Below, piece after piece: positions 8,161 through 19,024 of a DNA stretch of 64,000 bases. This stretch comes from Deltaproteobacteria bacterium (GTDB lineage Bacteria; Myxococcota_A; Polyangia; Polyangiales; Houyiibacteriaceae). Positions within the stretch are counted from its first letter, which is position 1, and each line of letters starts with the position of its first letter. Below the pieces are notes generated by a model that was not told the DNA's origin, searched no databases, and saw nothing but the letters and a program-made list of their open reading frames with translations. The stretch lies in NCBI GenBank assembly GCA_019313915.1, contig JAFDAJ010000003.1, positions 13,369-77,368 of the forward strand. The letters are read 5' to 3'. The position numbers and the translations under genes are program-made.

Positions 8161-8646
8161 ATGATGCCTGAAGAATTCGACGAAAAGGGTTCCGGCGACC
8201 CCGATCGAGGGGAGCGAGAGCGGCGTTGGTCCGAAGGTGTCTTGCGCGACACGCTTCGAAAAGCCGTCGAGAAAGGCATCGAAGCTGGCGTGGGAACGCT
8301 CCGAAGCGCGGACAGCGCGCTTCGCGGGGTCACTCAAGACGGCAAGCTCCCCAAGGAACTGATCGGTTACGTCTTTGCCTCGGTTGACGAAACCAAGAAC
8401 GCCCTGGTTCGCGTGGTCGCCAAGGAAGTCCGCGACTTCCTCGAGGCCACTGATATTGCGGGCGAATTCTACAAAGCTCTGACTTCGCTGTCGTTCGAAG
8501 TGAAAACAGAGGTGCGTTTCATCCCCAATGATGCGGGCGGGGTTCGACCCCAGGTGAGAGCGCGCGCAGTGAGAAAGACCAAGCGGCGCAAAGGCGTAGT
8601 CGAGACCGAACAGATCATCCCGCCGGACGATACGGGCGAGACCTGA
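8161..8646 (+). CDS. hypothetical protein
   Basis: Track ORF 8128..8646. I prefer the ATG at 8161 (MMPEEFDEKG..), preceded by GAGGGA. The sequence is charged and helical with no recognisable family. Confidence 0.5.
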   Translation: MMPEEFDEKGSGDPDRGERERRWSEGVLRDTLRKAVEKGIEAGVGTLRSADSALRGVTQDGKLPKELIGYVFASVDETKNALVRVVAKEVRDFLEATDIAGEFYKALTSLSFEVKTEVRFIPNDAGGVRPQVRARAVRKTKRRKGVVETEQIIPPDDTGET

Positions 8647-8651
8647 GCGCT

Positions 8652-10193
8652 ATGACCTCACCCGGCAAAGTGTACCTGGTGGGTGCCGGCCCGGGCGATC
8701 CAGAGCTGATCACAGCGCGCGGGCTCCGGCGCTTACGCGAGGCGGACGTCGTTTTGTACGACGCGCTCGTGCATCCCGATCAATTGAGCGCGGCAAGGCC
8801 CGACGCAGAGCTCGTGTTCGTGGGCAAGCGCGCGGGCCGAGCCAGCGAGCGGCAGACCGAGATCAACCGCCAGCTCGCTCAGGCAGCGCGCGCGGGCAAG
8901 ACCGTCGTACGGCTCAAGGGAGGCGATCCTTACCTCTTTGGTCGCGGCTCCGAAGAAGCCGAGCTCCTAGCCTCCGAAGGGATCCCGTTCGAGGTGGTCC
9001 CCGGTGTGCCCTCTCCGCTTGCCGCCACCGCGTACGCGGGCCTGTCACTGACGCATCGCGAGCTCGCGTCGAGCGTCGCGTACGTCACAGCGACGGAGTC
9101 CGTCGAGAAGGACCGCACCGGCCACGACTGGTCGAAGCTCGCCACCGCCACACAGACGCTGGTCATCTTCATGGGGATGCGCAAGCTCGACTCGCTCATG
9201 AAGCTCCTGATCGAGCACGGGCGACCTGCCGACACGCCCGTGGCTGTCGTCCAGTGGGCGTCGCTGCCGAAGCAGCGCACGGTCACGGGGACGCTCTCCG
9301 ACATCCACCAGCGGGCGTCGGAAGCAGGGCTCGGCTTGCCCGCGCTCACGATCGTCGGCGACGTCGTGCGTTTGCGCGACCACCTGCGTTGGTTCGACAC
9401 CAAGCCCCTTTTCGGGAAGCGCATTCTCGTGACGCGCGCAGCTCACCAATCTGGGTCACTTGCCGCGCTGCTTCGCGACGAAGGCGCGCAGCCGATCTTG
9501 GCGCCGACCATCCGCATCGCGCCACCACTGGATTCCGGGCCGCTACGCGACGCGGTCACCCATCTGGATTGCTACGACTGGATTCTTTTCACGAGTGGCA
9601 ATTCCGTCGACGCAGTCTTCTCCTCGATCAGCGACGCCGGTCTCGACGTGAGGGCTTTGGCCGGAACGAAGGTGTGCGCCATTGGCGTCAAGACGCAACA
9701 AGCCCTGACGTCGCGCGGTATTCAAGCGGACCTGGTACCCGATGACGCCCGCGCCGAGGGGGTGGTCGCGGCGATGGTGCCGCTCCTCGCGGAGCGAACT
9801 CGCATCCTCCTCCCACGCGCTGAAGTGGCACGCGAAATTCTGCCGGAGTCTCTTCGTGAAGCGGGAGCGGAGGTCGATGTCGTCCCTGCCTATCAGAACC
9901 TTCCGCCTGAACACCAGGAGGCCGAACGCATCCGGCGCCTCGTCGACCCGGCCGAATGCGAGGCCATTCTGTTCACATCCTCTTCGACGGTGCAGAACTT
10001 GGTCGACGTGCTGGGCCAGGACGGCGCCGACCGCCTGAACGCGTTGGACCTCTTTTCCATTGGCCCCATCACGACCCATACGGCCGAACGCCTAGGCCTT
10101 CGCGTCGCAGCCACATCGCCCGAGCAGGCGATCGAATCCCTGGTCGCGACGGTACGTGCGTACTATGCCCCCCCGGGAGATGCCGATGCGTAG
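8652..10193 (+). CDS. cobA: bifunctional uroporphyrinogen-III C-methyltransferase / uroporphyrinogen-III synthase (CobA-HemD fusion)
   Basis: The N-terminus VYLVGAGPGDPELITARG..LKGGDPYLFGRG is the SUMT signature. The C-terminal ~250 aa (KRILVTRAAHQSGSL..ILFTSGNSV..ILFTSSSTV) has the two-lobed HemD pattern. Confidence 0.9.
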   Translation: MTSPGKVYLVGAGPGDPELITARGLRRLREADVVLYDALVHPDQLSAARPDAELVFVGKRAGRASERQTEINRQLAQAARAGKTVVRLKGGDPYLFGRGSEEAELLASEGIPFEVVPGVPSPLAATAYAGLSLTHRELASSVAYVTATESVEKDRTGHDWSKLATATQTLVIFMGMRKLDSLMKLLIEHGRPADTPVAVVQWASLPKQRTVTGTLSDIHQRASEAGLGLPALTIVGDVVRLRDHLRWFDTKPLFGKRILVTRAAHQSGSLAALLRDEGAQPILAPTIRIAPPLDSGPLRDAVTHLDCYDWILFTSGNSVDAVFSSISDAGLDVRALAGTKVCAIGVKTQQALTSRGIQADLVPDDARAEGVVAAMVPLLAERTRILLPRAEVAREILPESLREAGAEVDVVPAYQNLPPEHQEAERIRRLVDPAECEAILFTSSSTVQNLVDVLGQDGADRLNALDLFSIGPITTHTAERLGLRVAATSPEQAIESLVATVRAYYAPPGDADA

Positions 10194-10587
10194 GTTTTCA
10201 TGGTTGTGTGCCCTCTCGCTCCTTGGCCTCCTCGGCACAGCTTGCGGCGATCCCTGCGGCGACCCGGAGGACCGGCTGGTGCCTCTGAGCGAGCTTCCAT
10301 GCAACATGACGAACGCCGAGGGCGTGTGGGAGTCGCACCCGTTCCCGCCACTGGTGACCGAAGCCTGCAACTGGCTCGAGTTCCGAGGCTGCAGCACCTA
10401 CGAAATCGAGCACCCGCTCGGCAGGATCCCGAGCGACATCATTGGGTATATCTCGTTCGAAAAGGACGGCCGCCTCTCCACGCTGGGCTCGGGCAATAGC
10501 TTCGTCATTGAGGAAGCCGGCGACTCGACGGTGATCATCCGGAACACCCAGAACCAGTTGTTCTACCTCAGGCTCGTGCTCCAGTGA
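10186..10587 (+). CDS. putative lipoprotein
   Basis: ATG at 10186 gives MRRFSWLCALSLLGLLGTAC with a lipobox (LGTAC). It overlaps the cobA-hemD stop by 8 nt. Confidence 0.6.
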   Translation: MRRFSWLCALSLLGLLGTACGDPCGDPEDRLVPLSELPCNMTNAEGVWESHPFPPLVTEACNWLEFRGCSTYEIEHPLGRIPSDIIGYISFEKDGRLSTLGSGNSFVIEEAGDSTVIIRNTQNQLFYLRLVLQ

Positions 10588-10680
10588 CCCCCTAGCGGAT
10601 CGCGGCGGCCGGCCTTAGGTTGCGTAGATGCCAGGTTCACACCGGGCTGGGCGGGGTCACAGAAAGCGCTAGAATGGACT

Positions 10681-11013
10681 ATGGCCGAGAGGTTCGAGAA
10701 CGATGCCGGGACCACCACTGAGGTCAAACCGGAGAAAAAGCTCAAACGTCCACGGCTCTACCGGGTTCTTCTGCACAATGATGATTACACTACCAGGGAG
10801 TTTGTCGTTCAGGTTTTACACACCGTCTTTCACCGGGGCGAGCAAGATGCCATCCGCATCATGCTCCACGTTCACCACAACGGCGTGGGCGTTGCCGGGG
10901 TGTTCACCCGTGAGGTCGCAGAAACCAAGGTGCAACGGGTCGAACACCTGGCGCGAGAGCATGAGTTCCCGCTCCGTCTGACGATGGAGCCCGAAGAGGA
11001 GGAAGACGCGTAA
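10681..11013 (+). CDS. clpS: ATP-dependent Clp protease adaptor ClpS
   Basis: RLYRVLLHNDDYTTREFVVQVLHTVF..DAIRIMLHVHHNGVGVAGVF is the conserved ClpS core. It lies directly upstream of clpA. Confidence 0.9.
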   Translation: MAERFENDAGTTTEVKPEKKLKRPRLYRVLLHNDDYTTREFVVQVLHTVFHRGEQDAIRIMLHVHHNGVGVAGVFTREVAETKVQRVEHLAREHEFPLRLTMEPEEEEDA

Positions 11014-11015
11014 AC

Positions 11016-13313
11016 ATGGCCGGTCCTGTCATCCATAAAGAGCTCCAGGCGACCCTCCGCAAGGCATTCGACCAGGCGGAGTTGATGCGGCACGAATACG
11101 TGACGCTCGAGCACCTGCTCCTGGCCCTCATCGAAGACCCGAATGCCGCAAAGGCGCTACGGGTGTGTGGCGCCGACCTTCGCCGCCTGAGAAAGCAGCT
11201 CGAAGACTTCATGCGGGACCGCCTGTCACGCGTGCCTGAGGACGTCACCATCGAGCCCCGTCAAACGCTGGCGGTCGAGCGGGTCCTTCAGCGCGCCGCC
11301 ATTCATGCGATTTCATCCGAGATGAAGACCATCGACGGCAGCAACGTGCTCGTGCAGGTCCTCAAAGAAGAGGAATCGTACGCAGCGTTCGTGCTCCAAG
11401 AAGAGGGCGTGGGGCCATTCGATCTCAAGCGCTACATTTCACACGGGGTCGGAACCGACATCGTCCCTGGCGAAAGCGACGCCTACACCGAGACGGACTT
11501 CGACGAAGAGCAGGACGAATCGTCCGCAGGGCGTGACCCGCTCGAAGCGTTCGCGACCGATCTAATTGCCGAGGCGGCCGAGGGGCGCATCGACCCGTTG
11601 ATCGGCCGCGACGAAGAGCTCGACCGCACCATTCAGGTCTTGTGCCGCCGGCGCAAGAACAACCCCGTCTTCGTCGGCGAGCCGGGCGTGGGCAAGACGG
11701 CCATCGCCGAAGGGCTCGCGCGCCGGGTCCACGAGGGGCGCGTCCCAAAGGTACTCGAAGACGCCCAGATCTACTCGCTCGACATGGGCGCCCTACTCGC
11801 GGGGACCAAATTCCGCGGACAATTCGAGGAACGCCTCAAGGCGATCATGAAGCGCCTCCAGGAGCTGGACAATGCAGTCCTGTTCATCGATGAGATCCAC
11901 ACGATCGTTGGCGCCGGCGCTACGACGGGAAGCTCGATGGATGCGTCGAATATCCTCAAGCCTGCGCTGGCTTCCGGCAAGCTCCGCTGCCTCGGGTCGA
12001 CGACCTACACCGACTTCAAGCACCTCGATCGCGACCGGGCCCTGGCCCGCCGGTTCCAGAAGATCGATATCCACGAGCCTACCGTCGAAGACACCATCGA
12101 GATCCTCAAAGGCCTCCGGCAGTACTACGAGGAACACCACGACGTGAAGTACGACGACGAGGCACTCGAGGCGGCTGCACATCTCGCACAGAAGCACATT
12201 CTCGAACGGTTCTTACCGGACAAGGCGATCGACGTGATTGACGAGGCTGGCTCGCTCGAGCGCATGCGTCCCGAGGGCGAGCGCACGCATCAGATCACCG
12301 TCAGGGAAATCGAACGGGTCGTCAGCAAGATGGCGCGGGTTCCGGTCGAGTCCGTGAGCGCCAAGGAGCGCGACCAGCTCAAGGAGCTCGGCCCCGAGCT
12401 TCGCAAGGTCATCTTCGGCCAGGACGCCGCGATTGAAAAAGTCGTGAGCGCGATCACGCTGGCGCGGGCCGGGCTACGCGCCGATCACAAGCCAATCGGC
12501 TCTTTCTTGTTTGCTGGGCCCACCGGCGTCGGCAAGACGGAGCTAGCTCGACAGCTCGCCCGCGTGATGGGCGTCGAGCTCCTGCGATTCGACATGAGCG
12601 AGTACGGCGAGCGCCATTCGGTGTCGCGGTTGATCGGCGCCCCTCCGGGGTATGTCGGCTTCGACCAGGGCGGCCTGCTCACGGACGCAGTCCGCAAGCA
12701 CCCGCACGCGGTGGTGATTCTCGACGAGATCGAAAAAGCCCATGGAGATCTCTTCAATATCCTCTTGCAGGTGATGGACCATGCCAAGCTCACCGACAAC
12801 AATGGGCGCGAAGCCGACTTCCGCAACATCGTGCTCGTCATGACGACCAACGCGGGCGCATTCGAGGCGACCGAGAAAGTCGTCGGCTTTGGCGGCGGCG
12901 ACGAGCCCGCGGACTTCGCAACGGGTCGCACGCGACAGGCGATCGAGCGCATCTTCACTCCGGAGTTCCGAAACCGTCTCGACGCGTCGGTGTACTTCAG
13001 CGGGCTCGGCAGGGGGGTGATCCGCATGGTGGTCGACAAGGAAGTCGCCTTGCTCAGCGAGATGCTCGCCGAGAAGCAAGTCCGCCTGCAGCTCAGCGAC
13101 GCGGCGTGCGATTGGCTGGCCAAGCACGGCTACGATCCGCAGATGGGCGCGCGGCCGATGGCGCGCCTGGTCGAGCAAAAGCTCAAGAAGCCGCTCGCCG
13201 AGGCGATGGTCTTTGGCAGCCTGGCAGAAGGCGGGACAGCGTTGGCCGACGTCGATGACGGCGACATCGTTCTGACCTTCCACGAGACCAACGGCCCCCC
13301 GGCCGAGGCCTGA
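11016..13313 (+). CDS. clpA: ATP-dependent Clp protease ATP-binding subunit ClpA
   Basis: 765 aa with a Clp N domain and two AAA+ modules ([10 protein letters not shown] and [11 protein letters not shown]). There is no long middle coiled coil, so it is ClpA-type rather than ClpB-type. Confidence 0.95.
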   Translation: MAGPVIHKELQATLRKAFDQAELMRHEYVTLEHLLLALIEDPNAAKALRVCGADLRRLRKQLEDFMRDRLSRVPEDVTIEPRQTLAVERVLQRAAIHAISSEMKTIDGSNVLVQVLKEEESYAAFVLQEEGVGPFDLKRYISHGVGTDIVPGESDAYTETDFDEEQDESSAGRDPLEAFATDLIAEAAEGRIDPLIGRDEELDRTIQVLCRRRKNNPVFVGEPGVGKTAIAEGLARRVHEGRVPKVLEDAQIYSLDMGALLAGTKFRGQFEERLKAIMKRLQELDNAVLFIDEIHTIVGAGATTGSSMDASNILKPALASGKLRCLGSTTYTDFKHLDRDRALARRFQKIDIHEPTVEDTIEILKGLRQYYEEHHDVKYDDEALEAAAHLAQKHILERFLPDKAIDVIDEAGSLERMRPEGERTHQITVREIERVVSKMARVPVESVSAKERDQLKELGPELRKVIFGQDAAIEKVVSAITLARAGLRADHKPIGSFLFAGPTGVGKTELARQLARVMGVELLRFDMSEYGERHSVSRLIGAPPGYVGFDQGGLLTDAVRKHPHAVVILDEIEKAHGDLFNILLQVMDHAKLTDNNGREADFRNIVLVMTTNAGAFEATEKVVGFGGGDEPADFATGRTRQAIERIFTPEFRNRLDASVYFSGLGRGVIRMVVDKEVALLSEMLAEKQVRLQLSDAACDWLAKHGYDPQMGARPMARLVEQKLKKPLAEAMVFGSLAEGGTALADVDDGDIVLTFHETNGPPAEA

Positions 13314-13366
13314 GAGCAGAGTATCGCCACCCTGGCCTGCGTTGCGCTAGCCTACAGCGTCCCCTG

Positions 13367-14092
13367 ATGCCTGTGTACCTACTCGACGAGGAGCATTCGT
13401 TCCCAGCTCCCGAAGATGCCAACGAGGAAGGCATCGTGGCCGTCGGCGGCGACGTATCGCCCGAACGACTTCTCGTCGCATACCGCAACGGGATCTTCCC
13501 GTGGCCTGCTCGAGGATATCCGCTGCTCTGGTTCTCCCCGGATCCGCGGTTCGCGCTGACGCCTTCGCGTGCTCACGTGTCGCGCTCGTTGCGAAAAGTG
13601 ATCCGCAAGGAGCAGCTTCGTGTGACGGCGGACACCGCCTTCGATGATGTGATCACCGCATGCGCCGCCGTGCCTCGCCCGCACCAACATGGAACTTGGA
13701 TTACGCGCGAGCTTCAGGATGGTTATCGCGGCCTGCACGAGCTGGGATATGCACACAGCATCGAAGCGTGGCGCGACGATGAGCTGGTCGGCGGCCTCTA
13801 CGGCGTGGCGCTCGGGGGGACTTTCGCCGGAGAGTCGATGTTCGCCTCGGAACCCGACGCGTCGAAGGTCGCGTTCACCACCTTGCTCGGGCATCTGGCG
13901 ATGTGGGGGTTCCGAATCGTCGACTGCCAGGTGCACACAGAGCACCTCGCCCGGTTCGGCGCGACGATGTGGCCCCGGCAGCGCTTCCTCTCCGAATGGC
14001 GCGCAGCCGTCCGCATGCCCAACGTCATGGCTCCATGGCAGCTAACGCTGTCCCCTCGCGAGGCGCTGACACAGCTACAACCTGGTGTATGA
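13367..14092 (+). CDS. aat: leucyl/phenylalanyl-tRNA--protein transferase
   Basis: EEGIVAVGGDVSPERLLVAYRNGIFPWP..LLWFSPDPR..SIEAWRDDELVGGLYGVALGGTFAGESMF are typical Aat blocks. Confidence 0.9.
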   Translation: MPVYLLDEEHSFPAPEDANEEGIVAVGGDVSPERLLVAYRNGIFPWPARGYPLLWFSPDPRFALTPSRAHVSRSLRKVIRKEQLRVTADTAFDDVITACAAVPRPHQHGTWITRELQDGYRGLHELGYAHSIEAWRDDELVGGLYGVALGGTFAGESMFASEPDASKVAFTTLLGHLAMWGFRIVDCQVHTEHLARFGATMWPRQRFLSEWRAAVRMPNVMAPWQLTLSPREALTQLQPGV

Positions 14093-14103
14093 TGTAGGGT
14101 GAG

Positions 14104-16119
14104 ATGAAGGCGAAGTTATTCTCGATTTGGGTGCTCACGCTGCTGGTTTGCGGGCTCGCGACGACACTCTCCGCCTTCGCCCAGGCCGAGCCCGCGGGCG
14201 GAAACGATGCTGGGACCGACGCCGGGACCGAGAACGAGACCGGAGGGCACACAGAGGCTGACGCGGACGCCGGCAGCGAAGAGCCGCCCGTTGAGGCTGC
14301 CTCCGACGCCAAGCGCATCGTGCGCATCCGCCAAGTCATCGAGAGCGACAATCAGCATCTGCGCTGGCTTCGAAGCGAGCTCCGGTCCCGGACCGAGTGG
14401 CACAAGGGACTGGCGGCGGAAATGGGCGACGTCGCCGAGGAGGGCAACGAGAAAAAGGAACAGCTCGAAGCGCTCGACGCGGATCCAGAGTCAGACCCGG
14501 CAGAGGTCAGCGCGCTGCGGGCCGAGCTCCAGGAGCTCGAGGAGGACTACGACCTCTTCGACACGCAGACCGACCTCGCGCTCACGGGCGAGAAGACTGT
14601 CCGCGAGCAAATCGAGGCCCTGGAAGAAAAGATCGCGAAGGAGGAACGTGCGCTCGGCGAGTTGACCGGCGAAATCGAAATCGAGCTGCCCGCGGCAGCT
14701 GCGCCAATCGCCGAGGCCAAGCCGGCGGAAGCAGGAAAGCCTCCCCCTGTTCCAATACCGTTCCCAGTGCCGATTCCCGCCGCGCAGCCCTCGCGCGAGG
14801 AGACGAAGAGCTCGTCCTCGATGACTGCCGCGCAGCTCGAGGCGCACGAGGCGCTCGAGCAGGAAGAGCGGCAAGTCCAGATCGCGAAGATCGCGCTTTC
14901 TGAGTTCGTCGAAAGGAAGCGTGCACTCGAGGAGCAGATCGAGTTCGAGGAGGGCCTCGCGGAGACCCACGTCAAAGAGCTCGACAACTTGAAGCGCGCA
15001 CTCGCGGCGTTCGAAGCTCGCCTGCAGAAATATCGCGAGACCGACGCGCCAAGCGAGAAGATCGAGCGGCTGGAGCGCGGGATCCGCCGGATCAGCGGGA
15101 TCCTCGAGGAATCGCACGACGGCGAGGACGCGCGCGCCGCGTATATCAAGTCGCTACACGAGCGGCACGCCCGCCTCGACGAAGAGCAACTGAGTGTCAC
15201 GGCGGATGTCGATGAACAGGAGCAAGCGGCCGAGAAGGCGCGCCGGCGCATTTTCTGGCTCGAGAGCCCGGTGCACCCCCGAAACGTCGCGTATTGGGCC
15301 AAGGACCGCGGTCCGCGCATGCTGCTCGTCATCGTCGCGGCTCTCTTTCTGCTCCTGGTCGTACGGTTTAGCGCGCGGGGAATCTCGCGGGCGCTGGTCG
15401 GCAGACGCCGCGGCGCTCGGAGCGGCGGCACGGGACGCGCGGACACGTTGGCCTTCAGCTTCCAAAGCGTGCTTCGCGTCATCATCGTGGCGCTCGCGGT
15501 GATGCTCGTGTTGCAGGAGGCCGGCGTCGACATCGCGACCGTGCTCGGCGGAGCGGCGATCCTCGGCGTTGCGCTCGCCTTTGGCGCGCAGGACATGATG
15601 AAGGACTACTTCTCGGGCTTCTTGATTCTGCTCGAGGACCAATACCAGCTCGGTGACCTCATCACCGTTAGCGGCATCACGGGAACCGTCGAATCGGTCA
15701 ACATGCGAGTGACCGTGTTGCGTGATCTCGAGGGCCGCGTGCACTTCGTTCCCAACGGCAGCATCGATCAGGTCACCAACCGAACCTACGGCTGGGGCCG
15801 TCCGGTCTTCGAGGTTCCCGTCGGGTACACCGAAGACGTCGATAGAGTGATAGAGACGCTCGTCGACATCGCCAAGGAGCTCAGTCAGGACCCGGACTGG
15901 GAGGGCTCGATCATCGGGGACCCGGACATGCTCGGCGTCGACAAGCTCACCGACTACGGAGTGGTCATCAAGTTCATGGTGAAGACCCAGCCCGACAAGC
16001 TGTTCGCGGTGCGGCGAGAAATGCTGCGTCGGATCGTCAAGCGGTTCAACGAGCTGGGGATTCAGATCACGGTGCCGCAGCGGATGTTGGTGCGCGGCAA
16101 CGACCCCCCGCAAGGCTAA
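14104..16119 (+). CDS. mechanosensitive ion channel, MscS family (MscK-like, long N-terminal coiled-coil domain)
   Basis: Signal peptide, then ~350 aa of acidic coiled coil, TM helices, and the MscS core GAQDMMKDYFSGFLILLEDQYQLGDLITVSGITGTVESVNMRVTVLRDLEGRVHFVPNG. Confidence 0.85.
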   Translation: MKAKLFSIWVLTLLVCGLATTLSAFAQAEPAGGNDAGTDAGTENETGGHTEADADAGSEEPPVEAASDAKRIVRIRQVIESDNQHLRWLRSELRSRTEWHKGLAAEMGDVAEEGNEKKEQLEALDADPESDPAEVSALRAELQELEEDYDLFDTQTDLALTGEKTVREQIEALEEKIAKEERALGELTGEIEIELPAAAAPIAEAKPAEAGKPPPVPIPFPVPIPAAQPSREETKSSSSMTAAQLEAHEALEQEERQVQIAKIALSEFVERKRALEEQIEFEEGLAETHVKELDNLKRALAAFEARLQKYRETDAPSEKIERLERGIRRISGILEESHDGEDARAAYIKSLHERHARLDEEQLSVTADVDEQEQAAEKARRRIFWLESPVHPRNVAYWAKDRGPRMLLVIVAALFLLLVVRFSARGISRALVGRRRGARSGGTGRADTLAFSFQSVLRVIIVALAVMLVLQEAGVDIATVLGGAAILGVALAFGAQDMMKDYFSGFLILLEDQYQLGDLITVSGITGTVESVNMRVTVLRDLEGRVHFVPNGSIDQVTNRTYGWGRPVFEVPVGYTEDVDRVIETLVDIAKELSQDPDWEGSIIGDPDMLGVDKLTDYGVVIKFMVKTQPDKLFAVRREMLRRIVKRFNELGIQITVPQRMLVRGNDPPQG

Positions 16120-16141
16120 CCGGTCATTCAGCAAGCCGGAT

Positions 16142-18172
16142 TCACGGACAGCGGGTTTCGAGATCGCGCGCGATGGCCACGACCCAGGGATCGCGAGCGC
16201 TCTCGTCGTGCTCCAGCAGTCGCGCAATGTGAGCCTTGGCGGCGACGCGTGCGGACTCGTCGCCGGTTCGCAACGCGAGCTCGATCGCGACCAACGAAGT
16301 GTCGCGAGTCTCCTCGGCGTACGCCGCCCAGTCGAGCGCTTCGCGGGCCTCGGGCTCGTCGCATGCCGCCATCGCAGCCATCGCGCGGTAGAGTTCGATC
16401 GAAGTGAAGCCCGGATAGATCTCTGCCGCCTCGGATAACAACCGATACGCTCGCCGGGCCGCCTCGCGTTCGTCATCGGTCCTGCACATGCGAACGCCGG
16501 CGCGCGCGCCGTCTCGAACGAGTGGGCGAAGCAATCGAAGGCCTTGGATCCAGCCTTGAATCGCCTTGGAGTTCTGGTGATGGCCGACTCGACGTGCTTC
16601 GAGGTCGATGTCCTCGTCCGAAACGCCCGGGTCGAGCAGGCGGCCGATTCGGTAACCGGGCCCTATGACTCGGAGCGGCTGCAATGAGGGTGCAATCCCC
16701 TGGTGCAGGAACAGCGACTGGCGGTCTTGGACCTGGCCGAGCCGCCATTGCGGAGAGCGCCACAGGAACTCGACGGCAGCACTTTGACCGGCTCGGGTGT
16801 GATCGACCACGACAGTGTCGACCTCGTAGGTCTGAAGGATCTCGTTCAGGGCCATCGGGTCGCTGAAGCTGTTCGTCACCTTGCGAATGAACTCGGGCCC
16901 GTAGAACGGCACACGGCCGTCGACGAGGAAGCGGCCGCCGGGGACCGCAAACATCAGGGGCCAACTGTCTTGAATCGGCGCGAGGATCCGAGGTTGCTCT
17001 ACGTTCTCGTTGATGACATCGGCAGCGGCGAAGGCGTGCCCGAGCCTTGGCTCGCTGAACCCGAACGGCACGAACGGCTCGAGGCGGGGGGACACCAGCA
17101 TCGCCCAGACAAAGGAGAGGCCAGCAACCACGGTCACGGCACGACGCGAACCTCGAATCCACTCGAGTTGCGCCAAACCGGCCGCAATGAACGGCGCGGT
17201 GAACAGTAGCTGATGCGCAACGAAGCGTATCGAGCGAAACGCCATGATGCTGACCACGACGCAGAACACGCCATACGCGAGACCAAAGCGGCCGGAGCGG
17301 GTGACCGGGCGCATGGTGGCCAAGACGAGGAGAATCGCCACCACGGGTCCGATCAGCAGGTAGAGTGGGTGCGAGGGCGACCAAGGCCCCCACTCGGTGA
17401 CGACGTCGCGGTACTCGGGGCGGAGCACATGGGCCACTGCGTCGGTGACGATGTCGATGCCGAAAGGGGTGCAGGCCGTCGCGAGCATTTGCAGGGCAAG
17501 CAGAGCCACCATGGAGGTAAATGCGGCCGTGCGAATCGAGAACGCCAGAAACAACACGGTGACGAGCAGGCCCAGCAAATGTGATCCGTGCATGTTGACC
17601 CACACGACGTGCATGAGGCCGAGCCCAAAGACGACCCACCGCTTGGCGCGGGGCGAGGCACGCTCCGAGTACAAGACACTGATCCCCAGCAACAAGACAG
17701 CAGGAAGCACCAGACCGACGATCTGCGGACGCACCGTGAACCGAATCCGCGCCAGCGGCGCGAAGAAGATCAAGACCGCGGCCGCGACGGGCGCTGCCAG
17801 CGCTGCGCCCTGTGCCAGCCGGTGTGCGAGAACGACGAGGACGTAGCCAAGCGCCGCGAGCAACAGGCACTTGATTAGGATGAGCGCGATCGGGCCAAAG
17901 TGATCGTAGATGAGCCACGTGACGATGTCGTAGCCCCACTCGTAGTTGCTCCACGGCTGGGGTGTCGGCTTCCAGAAGGAGAACAGGTCGACGGCCGGGA
18001 CGCGGCCAAGCTCCGCAATCTGGCGCCCCTGGGCGAGATGCCCGTAGGCGTCGACGTTGTAGAGCGGAAACGCGCCAACGAGGAAAAAGGCGGCCGCACA
18101 GCCCCACGCACTCCAAGCCAGAACCGTCCGCGACACCACGCTAGTGTTGGTCAGACCCGGGCGCGGGGTCAA
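16142..18172 (-). CDS. polytopic integral membrane protein with a C-terminal TPR-like domain
   Basis: 676 aa. More than 10 hydrophobic helices in the first ~400 aa, a soluble middle region, and a helical-repeat C-terminus. Last gene of a tightly packed minus-strand block. Confidence 0.7.
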   Translation of the reverse strand: MTPRPGLTNTSVVSRTVLAWSAWGCAAAFFLVGAFPLYNVDAYGHLAQGRQIAELGRVPAVDLFSFWKPTPQPWSNYEWGYDIVTWLIYDHFGPIALILIKCLLLAALGYVLVVLAHRLAQGAALAAPVAAAVLIFFAPLARIRFTVRPQIVGLVLPAVLLLGISVLYSERASPRAKRWVVFGLGLMHVVWVNMHGSHLLGLLVTVLFLAFSIRTAAFTSMVALLALQMLATACTPFGIDIVTDAVAHVLRPEYRDVVTEWGPWSPSHPLYLLIGPVVAILLVLATMRPVTRSGRFGLAYGVFCVVVSIMAFRSIRFVAHQLLFTAPFIAAGLAQLEWIRGSRRAVTVVAGLSFVWAMLVSPRLEPFVPFGFSEPRLGHAFAAADVINENVEQPRILAPIQDSWPLMFAVPGGRFLVDGRVPFYGPEFIRKVTNSFSDPMALNEILQTYEVDTVVVDHTRAGQSAAVEFLWRSPQWRLGQVQDRQSLFLHQGIAPSLQPLRVIGPGYRIGRLLDPGVSDEDIDLEARRVGHHQNSKAIQGWIQGLRLLRPLVRDGARAGVRMCRTDDEREAARRAYRLLSEAAEIYPGFTSIELYRAMAAMAACDEPEAREALDWAAYAEETRDTSLVAIELALRTGDESARVAAKAHIARLLEHDESARDPWVVAIARDLETRCP

Positions 18173-18175
18173 ACT

Positions 18176-19006
18176 TCACTCAGGTGTGCGAAAAATGATC
18201 ATCCCGACGTCCGGGCCGAGCAGCTCGAGCGGAAACACGCCGTAGACCTGGAGCTCCCCCTGAAGACGCACTTTCGCGGTGTAGCCGGTGGGCGAGGCGG
18301 CAAGCGCCTTGGCGCGGGCGATGGGGTCTCGAACCAGGGCATCGATCTCCGGGGGCGTGTCCCAGTGGAAGAGGCGCTTTCCCTTGTAGGCGTACACCCA
18401 GACCGGGGCGCCTTCCTTCTGTTCGACCCGAAACTGGCGACTCAGGCGCTGAGCCAGGCGCGACAACGGGATGCCCGCAAGAACGGCTCCAACCACCCGG
18501 TCATCCCGAACGGACGGCGCGGCGAACAGGATCGACCAAGAGGACGGTGCGTTGGGATCCTTCGCATAGAACTCCCCGAGCCCGGTGGTGGTGGTCCCTC
18601 CGAGGGCTTCCCGGACTACGTCGAAGCGCGTTTTGAAATCCTGCCCCTTCATCCGATCCGGCTCCCGATCCCGGGCAATGACCAGCCCATCGACCCCGAC
18701 AGCTGCCAAGAACGACATCGGAGACGCAACGAATTCGTCAATACCTTTCCTAGGTTGCTGGAGAATTCTCAAAGCGGATCGCACTTGTGATTCCCGCGCG
18801 GCCGGGTCGGTGACCGCGAAGCCCGGAGCGAGCTTCTGCGCAGCCTTCACGACGCCCGCCTGATGCTGCGCGAGGTCCTGCTCAACCAGCGCCTGAACCC
18901 GCGGACGGTCGACATCCTGGATTTGTCGCTCGGTGCGCTCCACGGCAGCGGTGTTTTCGCAAGCCGCGAGCGCCGTGATGCTCAGTAGAACGATCCCCCA
19001 GCGCAT
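18176..19006 (-). CDS. lipoprotein, possibly Cache/PDC-like ligand-binding fold
   Basis: MRWGIVLLSITALAAC has a lipobox. Its stop is 3 nt from the start of the downstream membrane-protein gene. The fold suggestion is only an impression. Confidence 0.6.
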   Translation of the reverse strand: MRWGIVLLSITALAACENTAAVERTERQIQDVDRPRVQALVEQDLAQHQAGVVKAAQKLAPGFAVTDPAARESQVRSALRILQQPRKGIDEFVASPMSFLAAVGVDGLVIARDREPDRMKGQDFKTRFDVVREALGGTTTTGLGEFYAKDPNAPSSWSILFAAPSVRDDRVVGAVLAGIPLSRLAQRLSRQFRVEQKEGAPVWVYAYKGKRLFHWDTPPEIDALVRDPIARAKALAASPTGYTAKVRLQGELQVYGVFPLELLGPDVGMIIFRTPE

Positions 19007-19024
19007 GAGGCCAGTGTAACAGCG

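Noticed and set aside
8652-10193. Treating the 513-aa ORF as two mis-fused genes (cobA and hemD) caused by a lost stop codon.
   Set aside because: CobA-HemD fusions are a well-known natural architecture, and the linker region reads smoothly without a frame change.
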